Shown here: piece by piece, positions 1 through 8,013 of the stretch
Layout: every line of letters begins with the position of its first letter
Position numbering within the stretch: the first letter of the stretch is position 1
IMG/VR virus record: IMGVR_UViG_2534681803_000003
Span: 54,044 to 74,043 of that record
Direction: 5' to 3' (one strand)
DNA from: an uncultured virus (IMG/VR IMGVR_UViG_2534681803_000003)
Taxonomy: Duplodnaviria > Heunggongvirae > Uroviricota > Caudoviricetes
DNA: 20,000 nucleotides
Position numbers and translations under genes: made by a program
Notes under the pieces: generated by a model
What the model was told of the DNA's origin: nothing
What the model saw: the letters and a program-made list of their open reading frames with translations, nothing else
The model's database searches: none

Positions 1-136
1 CTTCTTCTGAATTAGTCTTTTTGTCTTGTTTGTCTTTGCCTTCATCATCGTTGTTATCTTTTGATGTTCCATTATCTCCATCTGATTCTTCAGCAAAAAA
101 CTGTAATTTGAGTTTTAACTTCTCTTGGATATCCAT
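1..136 (-). CDS. Capsid scaffolding protein (DUF4355), 5' part, truncated by window edge
   Basis: Not in ORF track. Manual translation from ATG at 136 gives MDIQEKLKLKLQFFAEESDGDNGTSKDNNDDEGKDKQDKKTNSEE; GAGGTG RBS upstream; LQFFA Prp-cleavage motif; follows minor head gene. Confidence 0.92.
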   Translation of the reverse strand, partial: MDIQEKLKLKLQFFAEESDGDNGTSKDNNDDEGKDKQDKKTNSEE

Positions 137-170
137 AGTTTTTACACCTCATTTATTTACTCTTGATTAG

Positions 171-242
171 TTTTAAGCCATACATGGTTCGGGCTGTTAC
201 ACTTGCATCTTTTATTGTCATAAGCATGGTTTGGACATAAAA
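171..242 (-). promoter_or_regulatory. Tandem stem-loop RNA motif in scaffold 5' leader (putative cis-regulatory RNA)
   Basis: TGTC-CAAACCATGCTTAT-GACA-ATAAAA and AGCC-CGAACCATGTAT-GGCT-TAAAA on the - strand; similar loops with compensatory stem changes. Confidence 0.45.
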
Positions 243-270
243 AATAGCCAACACAATTAAGTGCTAGCTA
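239..270 (-). terminator. Intrinsic terminator-like hairpin upstream of scaffold gene
   Basis: TAGCTAGCAC-TTAATT-GTGTTGGCTA-TTTTTT: 10-bp stem with two G-U pairs plus a U6 tract, immediately after the stop of 271..441. Confidence 0.7.
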
Positions 271-441
271 TTAAAAGAGAGGTTCATTATATTTCGATTT
301 TTCTTTATCGGCTAATACTGCCGACCTTACACTATCTAAGTTTGCATCAATAATAACTGTTTCGTTTCGCTTTTGTAACTCTTTACGTATACCTTTTAAT
401 TCTCTTGCTATGTCTCTAAGGTATTTGTCAGTATTACTCAT
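271..441 (-). CDS. Conserved small head-module protein (80alpha gp45-like), 56 aa
   Basis: ATG at 441 with GGAGG RBS 8 nt upstream; MSNTDKYLRDIARELKGIRKELQKRN...; synteny between minor head and scaffold genes. Confidence 0.85.
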   Translation of the reverse strand: MSNTDKYLRDIARELKGIRKELQKRNETVIIDANLDSVRSAVLADKEKSKYNEPLF

Positions 442-513
442 ATTAGTATCCTCCAAACATTTAATTTACTGTCATACAAAACTAACTTGCCTTTAAAAAA
501 CTTTACTTTTAAA

Positions 514-1509
514 TCAATCACCGCTTTTCACTTTCCCTCCGAAGTATTTTGTTTTTCGTTTCTTGCTTGGTTTTTTCGGCCACATAGATTTAGGTAGTAA
601 AGCGCAATCTGAACGACAATTGATATGCATAGGATAGAAATTAACACCAATTTTAGCGTCTTTAACTTTGAATATTTCTCCATTAAGCCCTTTGCATACT
701 TTAGTTGTTCTATTATCGATTTTTGCAATATACATATAATATCCTTCCGGTGAAATTTCTTTCATGCTGTCAATGCTTGATTGTGCGTGAACACGTGCCG
801 ATTCCGTATAAAGCAATGATTTAATTGCTGCGGTCTTTTGTCGTGCTGTGCCTTCGAATTTATTTAAGTGCTTGCGCATATCTTTAACATATTCATTAGG
901 ATGTCGACCTCTAATAACTACATTAGCAATTATTTCTTCTACTTCTTGTTTCATTGCTTCGGTATTAGTCCATAATCGCTCTGACCAAACGACACCATGA
1001 AATTGTGTATCAACGATTGTATCTATAACTTCTTTAGCTACTTGTACACCTTCACCTAAAATACCCGCTTGATCACTGAACACACGATAAGCTGTTGATT
1101 CGAAATATTCCCTCATCGATAATTCTGTTTGAGCTGTTGCATAAGCAATTAAGAATTCTATTTGAATCTTTAACATCTGTTCTCTAGATACATACATCTT
1201 AGTGTTATACTTCTTTAATTCTTCATTTGCTCTATCGCTAAAGTCCTTGTTTTCGACCAATCTTTTTGCTTCTTCTTGAAACGCTTTTACATCGAACTCA
1301 TCAATAATCTTTTGTGCTTCTTGTAATGTAACGCCTGCAAAATCTCCGTACTTAACAATAAACGCATTGATCTCTTTTTCAATGCGCTTAATCATCATAT
1401 TCAATATACGTTCTATTTCTTCAGCTTTAGTTTTATCACGCTTCAACTCATTCTCGATTGCTTTGCGTCCGCGTTCTTCCCAATATTCTTGAGTGTTTTT
1501 GTTAGGCAA
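514..1509 (-). CDS. Minor head/ejection protein (SPP1 gp7 / Mu gpF family, 80alpha gp44-like)
   Basis: 331 aa, TTG start after AAGGA; C-terminal D-x-RTT-x2-C...PMHINCRS motif; directly follows portal. Confidence 0.93.
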   Translation of the reverse strand: MPNKNTQEYWEERGRKAIENELKRDKTKAEEIERILNMMIKRIEKEINAFIVKYGDFAGVTLQEAQKIIDEFDVKAFQEEAKRLVENKDFSDRANEELKKYNTKMYVSREQMLKIQIEFLIAYATAQTELSMREYFESTAYRVFSDQAGILGEGVQVAKEVIDTIVDTQFHGVVWSERLWTNTEAMKQEVEEIIANVVIRGRHPNEYVKDMRKHLNKFEGTARQKTAAIKSLLYTESARVHAQSSIDSMKEISPEGYYMYIAKIDNRTTKVCKGLNGEIFKVKDAKIGVNFYPMHINCRSDCALLPKSMWPKKPSKKRKTKYFGGKVKSGD

Positions 1510-1515
1510 TTACAA

Positions 1516-3051
1516 TCATTCCTTTTTATCAACAGTATCTTTTGTATCATCATCTTGTTCGTCATCATTGATGTCTCTAGGGTCTTTATAAATACCTTTT
1601 TGAGCTTTTTTAATAGATTCTTTCTCATCTTCTTCGATTTTCTTAACTTCTAATTCAGGGTCTTGGAAGAACGAGAATAGAGACATTAAAGTTGTTTGGC
1701 TAATCTTCCCGCCAGAATCAATATAAGCTTTTAATTCTTCAATCAATGATTTAGGTAAGTTTCTGTTGTATACGTATCTAACAGTATTGAAATCTTTGTT
1801 AGCGTCAATCGACCGTGTATTTTTAAGTATTGTCTCTAACAACTTAGCACGACGTCTTAACCCTTTAGTAAACAATCCTTCTTTAGTTTTAGTACGTTGT
1901 TCCAATCCAAATAATTTGTATTTCATTGCCTCGCCCGATTGAGTGCCACTAAAGTTATCATCTTTCATGTTAGGCGTGTTGGTAAACATGTGTATATCAC
2001 TGTTCAAACGGTCTTTATAAGCTTCGGTACCTTGTACATCGTATTGCTTATAAATATAACCACCGTCAACTGAACCTTCTGTTTCTCTACCTTCGCTATC
2101 AGCATAAACAGTCGGTTCTAAAAACAACACGTTAGCTTCCTTTTGTTTTCTAACTTCTACAGGATCTAAATTTAAATTACCTTTAATAAGTAACATAGCG
2201 TCATTTAAATCACTCATATAGTTAGCTGTATCTGATTCAGCATTATCATACAAATCAATTAAAGTGATTACTTTCTCGTAATCCCCTTTTCTTCTTTCGT
2301 TATTGCTAAATTCTGTAATAGGCATGCGTTCAAATGAGTGAGATTCAAAACTGTTTTCACGTGGTGTGAGCTTCAATCCATTTGTTCTATTGGTAAGATA
2401 TCTATAAACACCGTGTGAAGTGAATAAATCAACAGTAAACACTTCATCTTCGTCGGTCTTGTCTATTGGTTTAGTTCTTAAATATCTAACGCCTGCGATA
2501 CTGTTACGTTCAACTGTGTTGTCATATATGATAAAAGTGCTCATCGCATCACTCTTGTATAAACGCGTTTCATCATCTTGATTTCTAATCATCAACTCAT
2601 AAGCTTTACCATAAATTGACAAATCTAATCCTAAAGATCTATTGTGTGACTCAACATCATTCAAATCATTGAACGCCTCAATAGCTTCTAATACATCTTT
2701 GTCATCATCTTGATATTGAATTGGATTACCCAAGAAATAGCCGTTGATAAAATCGCTAATATAAGATGCGTAATCATGCGCTACACGGTTATCTGCCATG
2801 TACTCTTCTTTGCGTCGTGTTAACTCAACTAAGTTCTTAGTTTTACCTTCGTAATAATCACTTAACACTTTCAATCTAGGTCGTTGGTAATCCATGTGAT
2901 GTTCAATGTATTTACTTACTTCATTAACGTTTTGTAATAAATCGGATTCCGTCCCGTCATATGTGTAAACAACATTGGCTTCATCATTAAATAAGTAATT
3001 TATGTTTCCCCGTAGATCTGTATCTGTTTCAAATTCGTTTACTTTTAACAT
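1516..3051 (-). CDS. Portal protein (SPP1 gp6 family)
   Basis: 511 aa; GGAGG RBS; SGEAMKYKL motif typical of SPP1-type portals; follows terL. Confidence 0.96.
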   Translation of the reverse strand: MLKVNEFETDTDLRGNINYLFNDEANVVYTYDGTESDLLQNVNEVSKYIEHHMDYQRPRLKVLSDYYEGKTKNLVELTRRKEEYMADNRVAHDYASYISDFINGYFLGNPIQYQDDDKDVLEAIEAFNDLNDVESHNRSLGLDLSIYGKAYELMIRNQDDETRLYKSDAMSTFIIYDNTVERNSIAGVRYLRTKPIDKTDEDEVFTVDLFTSHGVYRYLTNRTNGLKLTPRENSFESHSFERMPITEFSNNERRKGDYEKVITLIDLYDNAESDTANYMSDLNDAMLLIKGNLNLDPVEVRKQKEANVLFLEPTVYADSEGRETEGSVDGGYIYKQYDVQGTEAYKDRLNSDIHMFTNTPNMKDDNFSGTQSGEAMKYKLFGLEQRTKTKEGLFTKGLRRRAKLLETILKNTRSIDANKDFNTVRYVYNRNLPKSLIEELKAYIDSGGKISQTTLMSLFSFFQDPELEVKKIEEDEKESIKKAQKGIYKDPRDINDDEQDDDTKDTVDKKE

Positions 3052-3061
3052 TTGTTCCCTC

Positions 3062-4339
3062 CTATAATCCTAGAGATTTTATTGTGTCAACTTTCGAACT
3101 GACATTTGTGCGTTTTCTAACCGGTCTGTAGAATCGTTCCACTGAATAACGCAACGAATCGATACAATGATTGTATGTATCTACTGGTTCATTGGTATAT
3201 TCACCTGTATCTTTGTCCTTTTGCCATGTGTAGTTGTCAAACTCTTCAATAGTCTTGAAACAACGTTCATCAACAATGATTTCAAATTGCATTAAGAATT
3301 GTAACCCTTGTACAACCGAGCCCTTCCCTTTTTTGGTTGGTAAAATCCTTTTAAGCCCTAGATTCCTTAATTCAGCTATACTTTTTTGTTCTGCACTATC
3401 TGCTGTAATTTCTTCTTTAGCATAACCAAGTTGCTTTATGACATTAGCTATTTCATCATTCAGCATACCTTGTTTAACATACTCTTCAATGATGTATAAC
3501 TTCTTTTTCTTTACATCTATTTTAGAATGTATAAAAGCACTAGGATCATTAACGTATCCAAAGTCCAATCCAAAATAAGAAGGTAAATGTCTTAACTCAT
3601 CTTTATTTATTAAACGTTTTTCATACTTAGGGAAAACCAATTTGTCTAGTGTAGCAAATTCACCTAACGCATAAATTTTGTAATATGCTGGATTGCGATT
3701 TGCTAACAACTCTAAGTTTTGTCGTGTCATTTCATCAAGAAACTTATTATCTCGATAACTAGATTGTCTAATCATGACATTTTCCATTGGTTCACCATGT
3801 TCAAAGAAATACTTATAAACCCAATTCAGTTTAGATACTGGGTTAAACATCAAAAATATTTGCTTATTCACGTGTTTACGCTCCCTCAAACGCAACGTTA
3901 ATTGCGTGTAATCATTTAGTGTGAATTCAGACGCTTCTTCCATGACTATGTCTGATATGCCTTTTATCGACTTTATTTTCTCTGGGTTATCTAATCCTTT
4001 AAACAAAAAAACTGCGCCGTTTGGCAATTCAACTTTGTTATCAGTCTTATTCCAAAGGCACATGTCCCAAATACCGAAGTTTATCAAACAATCTTTGACA
4101 TCTTCGAATAAACTATCTTTAATTGTTGATTGGACTTTTCTAAGCCATAGTATACGCCTAGGATATTTCCAGTCTTGCAATGCTTTAAGTACAACTTTTT
4201 GTATAACGCCGTGAGACTTACCGCTCGAACCTCCACCGTAATGCACTTCAGTGAAGTTATCGTAATTGGTTAGTATTTCGAATATGTTTCTGTTGAAAAC
4301 ATTAGATGGTTTGTTAAAGTTTAATTTAACTTTCGTCAT
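3062..4339 (-). CDS. terL: Terminase large subunit (PBSX/SPP1 type, pac headful packaging)
   Basis: Walker A-like YGGGSSGKS, Walker B IVMEEA, nuclease motifs GLDFG and NHCIDSLRY. Start taken at ATG 4339 (425 aa, overlapping terS end); the ORF is open to 4405. Confidence 0.96.
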   Translation of the reverse strand: MTKVKLNFNKPSNVFNRNIFEILTNYDNFTEVHYGGGSSGKSHGVIQKVVLKALQDWKYPRRILWLRKVQSTIKDSLFEDVKDCLINFGIWDMCLWNKTDNKVELPNGAVFLFKGLDNPEKIKSIKGISDIVMEEASEFTLNDYTQLTLRLRERKHVNKQIFLMFNPVSKLNWVYKYFFEHGEPMENVMIRQSSYRDNKFLDEMTRQNLELLANRNPAYYKIYALGEFATLDKLVFPKYEKRLINKDELRHLPSYFGLDFGYVNDPSAFIHSKIDVKKKKLYIIEEYVKQGMLNDEIANVIKQLGYAKEEITADSAEQKSIAELRNLGLKRILPTKKGKGSVVQGLQFLMQFEIIVDERCFKTIEEFDNYTWQKDKDTGEYTNEPVDTYNHCIDSLRYSVERFYRPVRKRTNVSSKVDTIKSLGL

Positions 4340-4766
4340 CGTACTCACCAATATTAATCTCAATATTCTTCTGAGTAATTTCTTTTTTATCGATATACGC
4401 ACCATGTACTTTTAGTATGTGGTCAATAGATCTCTGACGCTCTTCAAAAGTTGGTGTGATTGTGTAAGTAACCTCTTTTTCCACTTCATCGTTTAAATGG
4501 TCATATTTCTTACTGTAAGCCTCTTGAGGTTCTCCTCTAGCAATAGAAGCAGATAACGCTAAAGCTTCTGTAATACTCATTAAACGCTCTTCTTGTATCT
4601 GTTCTAATCGTTCTTTAATATATTCCGAAACATTAACATTTCTTAACAATCGACTTGCTAAAGACTCTGCTGTTTTCTTACTATAACCTGCTGAAATTGC
4701 TGCTTTTTTACCATTACATCCATTCATTATATATTCATCTGCGAATCTCTTTTGTTTTTCGTTCAT
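4326..4766 (-). CDS. terS: Terminase small subunit
   Basis: 146 aa from ATG 4766; MNEKQKRFADEY...AAISAGYS HTH characteristic of Terminase_2; upstream of terL. Confidence 0.95.
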   Translation of the reverse strand: MNEKQKRFADEYIMNGCNGKKAAISAGYSKKTAESLASRLLRNVNVSEYIKERLEQIQEERLMSITEALALSASIARGEPQEAYSKKYDHLNDEVEKEVTYTITPTFEERQRSIDHILKVHGAYIDKKEITQKNIEINIGEYDDES

Positions 4767-4808
4767 TTCATTTACCACCAACTCTCGCGCTATACGCTTT
4801 TTAAAATT

Positions 4809-4838
4809 AAAAAAGGATTGGCTATAATCAGCCAACCC
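4809..4838 (-). terminator. Intrinsic terminator in rinA-terS intergenic region
   Basis: GGGTTGGCT-GATTAT-AGCCAATCC-TTTTTT on the - strand. Confidence 0.75.
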
Positions 4839-4899
4839 ACATAGGTCCTTTATTCCTAATTGCGATAAGGGAAACGCAGTAAGATAATCAATATCCTAC

Positions 4900-4950
4900 A
4901 CTATCATAATATCTCATTTTAGGTATCAAAAACTGCCACTTTACTGCCAA
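4900..4950 (-). promoter_or_regulatory. RinA-dependent late promoter with RinA-binding direct repeats
   Basis: TGGCAGT direct repeat at 4943-4949 and 4932-4938 (11-bp period) just after the rinA stop, then a -10-like TATGAT at 4903-4908. RinA is known to bind repeats upstream of terS. Confidence 0.7.
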
Positions 4951-4952
4951 TT

Positions 4953-5375
4953 TCACTCTTCCCCTAACTCTTCCGCCAATCTAGATATGATTTTCCTTTT
5001 GATTCTATGCGCAGTTCTATCAGAAATGTGTATGTCATCACAAACTTTCACTAATTCCTTTTTATTAAAATAATACTCTTGAATGAATTCGCGTTCTTTC
5101 CTACTTGATGTGTTGATTATACGTTCAATCGCACTCTTAAACTCAAGGATTTTACCTCTTCGTATACTACAAAGATAATTAGTTACTGCCATTTCTGTTT
5201 TCGATGTATTAGACGGTATAAACTCCCCGCCTATATTTGTATCTGTTGGAATCCATGGTGTCATTATTTCACTTCTTAAATCTTCGAGTTGCTTATGATA
5301 ATTAGGATAATCACACAACTCATCTTCTAACTTTCGAACTGTTGATAATTTTAATCCATATTTCTTTTTAGTCAT
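4953..5375 (-). CDS. rinA: Late-gene transcriptional activator RinA
   Basis: 140 aa; C-terminal sigma-like HTH; position immediately before terS; matches recalled phi11/80alpha RinA. Confidence 0.93.
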   Translation of the reverse strand: MTKKKYGLKLSTVRKLEDELCDYPNYHKQLEDLRSEIMTPWIPTDTNIGGEFIPSNTSKTEMAVTNYLCSIRRGKILEFKSAIERIINTSSRKEREFIQEYYFNKKELVKVCDDIHISDRTAHRIKRKIISRLAEELGEE

Positions 5376-5398
5376 GAATACCCTCCATACAAATATTT

Positions 5399-5545
5399 TT
5401 AATCTTCAAAATGTCTCAATCTACTTCTTAATATCTCTATCTCTCGCTCTTTAACTTTCACATCGCCTTTTAACTGTTCAGCTTGCAACATCACACCAAA
5501 CAATAAGATGACTAGTAATATAATTGCTATGACTAACCACATCAT
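5399..5545 (-). CDS. Small membrane-anchored phage protein, 48 aa
   Basis: Not in ORF track. MMWLVIAIILLVILLFGVMLQAEQLKGDVKVKEREIEILRSRLRHFED; GGAGG RBS; starts right after the rinB stop; N-terminal TM helix plus coiled coil. Confidence 0.85.
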   Translation of the reverse strand: MMWLVIAIILLVILLFGVMLQAEQLKGDVKVKEREIEILRSRLRHFED

Positions 5546-5761
5546 CTACTCTGACACCTCCGCCCTCATCAAATCACACTGATCGCTCAACTTTGCGAAG
5601 CCATTCAGCAACTCTACGTCATCTTTAGCTGACGCTCCAATAAGCGCTCGCTCTATCACTTCATCATTAGCCGTCATCATAATATATACTTGCTCAGTTA
5701 CATACTTACCTAACTCATACATTGCTAGTAAGAATAATAGTCTTAATATTTGTTTAATCAT
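5546..5761 (-). CDS. rinB: Transcriptional activator RinB (long 71-aa allele)
   Basis: MIKQILRLLFLLAMYELGKYVTEQVYIMMTAND...RAEVSE signature; ATG 5761 with AGGAG RBS. Confidence 0.9.
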   Translation of the reverse strand: MIKQILRLLFLLAMYELGKYVTEQVYIMMTANDEVIERALIGASAKDDVELLNGFAKLSDQCDLMRAEVSE

Positions 5762-5765
5762 CTTC

Positions 5766-5951
5766 CTACTCCTCAATAAGTGTGATTGCTTCAATTGCAT
5801 TCGCTTTAACACATGATACCTGTTTGATTAAATTTTCCGCATAAATGTAACCGTTACAACTCATCGCGCCTTTAACGTAATCTTCAAAAGGTCTTCTTAT
5901 TTTCGCAAAATAAACTTCACCTGAAATAGTTTTAATTTTAACCTCCGTCAT
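5766..5951 (-). CDS. Hypothetical phage protein, 61 aa
   Basis: ATG 5951 overlaps the upstream stop (ATGA); fills the variable slot between DUF1381 and rinB. Confidence 0.75.
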   Translation of the reverse strand: MTEVKIKTISGEVYFAKIRRPFEDYVKGAMSCNGYIYAENLIKQVSCVKANAIEAITLIEE

Positions 5952-6154
5952 TTCCCACACTCCCTTATATTTTCAAACAACTGACTCACTTTAATAATTT
6001 CATCCCTTTTAACTTGTTTCCCGTACTTCTCTTTTGCTTTTTCTTTACTCTCTGCCTCAACAACTGTAAACCTTTGATTGCTCTTAGCTTTAGTTATGTG
6101 CGTATGTTTACGTCCTGTTGAATCTTTGAATGTTGTGACTAAGTATTGTGTCAC
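5948..6154 (-). CDS. DUF1381 family phage protein
   Basis: GTG start with AGGAGG RBS; MTQYLVTTFKDSTG...FTVVEAESKE signature; follows dut. Confidence 0.88.
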   Translation of the reverse strand: MTQYLVTTFKDSTGRKHTHITKAKSNQRFTVVEAESKEKAKEKYGKQVKRDEIIKVSQLFENIRECGK

Positions 6155-6190
6155 TTCCCCAAAACCTCCTTGACTCGATCTAAGATGTCT

Positions 6191-6724
6191 TTACACTCCG
6201 CTACTTCCGAAGCCTTTTGCTCCACGTTCTGAAACATTCTCGAATTCCTCCACTTGCTTTAGTTCAGGTGTCCATATAGGCACAATAACCAATTGAGCTA
6301 GTTTGTCGCCTTTGTTTATGACATAACTACCATTCATACATAAAATTTTATCTGTTACAGGTAGTCGGGCATACTTTCCATCTATCCCAGCAGGACTCCG
6401 ACCAAAGTTACTCATATCCTCACTCTCTAACGTTTCATTATCATTCTTGATATTAATCCCTAAATTACCATGATATCCCGCGTCTATTTTGCCTGTTTCA
6501 ATCACTAAATGCGTTTTACTGCTTACACCACTACGGCTAGTTAATAGCCCGACATAGCCCTCTGGAATGCTCACAGCTACATCTGTTTTAATCACTGCCT
6601 TTTCTTGTGGCTCGAGTACGACGGTTTCAGCTGAGAATATGTCATAACCTGCATCCGTCTTATGATTTCGTTCGGGCATTCTAGCATTTTCTGATAATAG
6701 TTTTACTTGTAATGTGTTAGTCAT
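6191..6724 (-). CDS. dut: Trimeric dUTPase with phage-specific motif VI
   Basis: Motifs AGYD, SRSG, GKIDAGYHG, LAQL and RGAKGFGSSG; 177 aa from ATG 6724 with GAGGAG RBS. Confidence 0.97.
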   Translation of the reverse strand: MTNTLQVKLLSENARMPERNHKTDAGYDIFSAETVVLEPQEKAVIKTDVAVSIPEGYVGLLTSRSGVSSKTHLVIETGKIDAGYHGNLGINIKNDNETLESEDMSNFGRSPAGIDGKYARLPVTDKILCMNGSYVINKGDKLAQLVIVPIWTPELKQVEEFENVSERGAKGFGSSGV

Positions 6725-6965
6725 TTTCCTGTTCCTCCTCATATTTATAGACAACTTGACTCGTCATAATCCCTACTGCTTCATCAAGTTCAATACCTTC
6801 TTTAACTGAATGTTGAATAGCATTTGTCATTCCCTCAAGTATTTCATCAAACGCTTGCGCTTTCTTATATACGTCCTCAATCTCTTTTAGTAATCCCTCT
6901 GTGTCATTGCCGTTATACGCACTAGCACTTATAACGGATTGTTCAATTTGTTCGCGATTATTCAT
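6717..6965 (-). CDS. DUF1024 family phage protein
   Basis: MNNREQIEQSVISASAYNGNDTEGLLKEIEDVYKKAQAFDEI signature; upstream of dut. Confidence 0.9.
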   Translation of the reverse strand: MNNREQIEQSVISASAYNGNDTEGLLKEIEDVYKKAQAFDEILEGMTNAIQHSVKEGIELDEAVGIMTSQVVYKYEEEQEND

Positions 6966-7266
6966 TAGTGTCTTCCTCCATAAAAATTTTATTGTTTAAT
7001 TCCATTCCAAATTTAACTCTTTCAACATCTTTGCCGAATTCGTTTATTAAATCTTTTTCAACACTCTTGCAATACCTATCCCATGCGCTTGCTTTCTTCT
7101 CCAGCTCTTTGTTACAATCTCGTAACTTCGCTATATCCCCAATAAGCTCATCTCGTTGCTTCTTGTACTCTTCACGATCTTTTAATGCTTTGTGAAGTTT
7201 ATCTAATAACTTGTTAGAGTTAGTACAAAGATTTTTATATTGTTCATCTGATAAGGTGAACGTCAT
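6958..7266 (-). CDS. Conserved hypothetical coiled-coil phage protein
   Basis: 102 aa; GGAGG RBS; overlapping start and stop with neighbours. Confidence 0.85.
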   Translation of the reverse strand: MTFTLSDEQYKNLCTNSNKLLDKLHKALKDREEYKKQRDELIGDIAKLRDCNKELEKKASAWDRYCKSVEKDLINEFGKDVERVKFGMELNNKIFMEEDTNE

Positions 7267-7610
7267 CTCATAACCTCCAATAGCATCTCATTTTCAAAAA
7301 TATTTCCAACAATTTCAATAATATCGTCATTTTCACTTAGTAATTCAGTTACATTGCTAAAAGTTATATAAAAGGCTCCTTCTTTAAACTCGATAAAACT
7401 TACTTCTCTCGAATAACAATCTTGAACAATATCCCCTTCATAAATCTCCACACCGTGCACATCTTTAAATCCTGTGTATTGTAATAGTTTTACTTCATTG
7501 AAACTTTTATAACCTGTTGAAATCAAAATGTACCCACTATTAAAATCGATTTCGTCAATAATACTCATAACTTTTTTATCTTTATCCCAAGCTTTAAATT
7601 TCAACATCAT
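7263..7610 (-). CDS. YopX family protein
   Basis: KFKAWDK, LLQYTGFKD.HGVEIYEGDIV and EIVGNIFEN motifs. Confidence 0.92.
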   Translation of the reverse strand: MMLKFKAWDKDKKVMSIIDEIDFNSGYILISTGYKSFNEVKLLQYTGFKDVHGVEIYEGDIVQDCYSREVSFIEFKEGAFYITFSNVTELLSENDDIIEIVGNIFENEMLLEVMR

Positions 7611-8011
7611 ACTAGCAACTCCCCATCTTTCCAGATTAACGTCATAGTTAGGTCATCGTTTAAGATATAGAATGCTTTAGTAGGAAAAATATTGTCGTCT
7701 TCAAAACGTTCGTTCAAACTGATACCTTTGTGTAATGCGGATTTATAGACTCCTTCTTGAATCTCATATACCTCTAACAACCTATCAAACTTAGTCTCTT
7801 CCGTTACTTCTTTTTCAATATCAACTATGAAGGGGATATCAATTGGAATAAAACTTGACGTCGAACACTTATTTGTATTTGGATGAAAACGAACGAATCC
7901 ATCACTAAATCCTGTTGAAAAAAATATTTTTCCTTGTGATAGATCCGGATTTTCTCGCGCCCATTTAATTAATTCATCTAATCTCATTTCTTTTTTAACT
8001 TTGATTTTCAT
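7607..8011 (-). CDS. Hypothetical phage protein, 134 aa (paralog of 8014..8220)
   Basis: GAGGAG RBS; coupled to neighbours; N-terminus homologous to the upstream ORF. Confidence 0.85.
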   Translation of the reverse strand: MKIKVKKEMRLDELIKWARENPDLSQGKIFFSTGFSDGFVRFHPNTNKCSTSSFIPIDIPFIVDIEKEVTEETKFDRLLEVYEIQEGVYKSALHKGISLNERFEDDNIFPTKAFYILNDDLTMTLIWKDGELLV

Positions 8012-8013
8012 TG

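Noticed and set aside
165..195. preQ1-I riboswitch (short stem plus UAAAACUAA tail)
   Set aside because: Loop lacks the conserved preQ1 nucleotides and the gene context is unrelated; kept only as an unknown motif
528..1628. Alternative-frame - strand ORFs 528..728 and 1443..1628
   Set aside because: Overlap the minor head and portal genes; no RBS or recognisable motif
4326..4766. Exact pac site within terS
   Set aside because: Expected from related phages but cannot be located from this sequence alone
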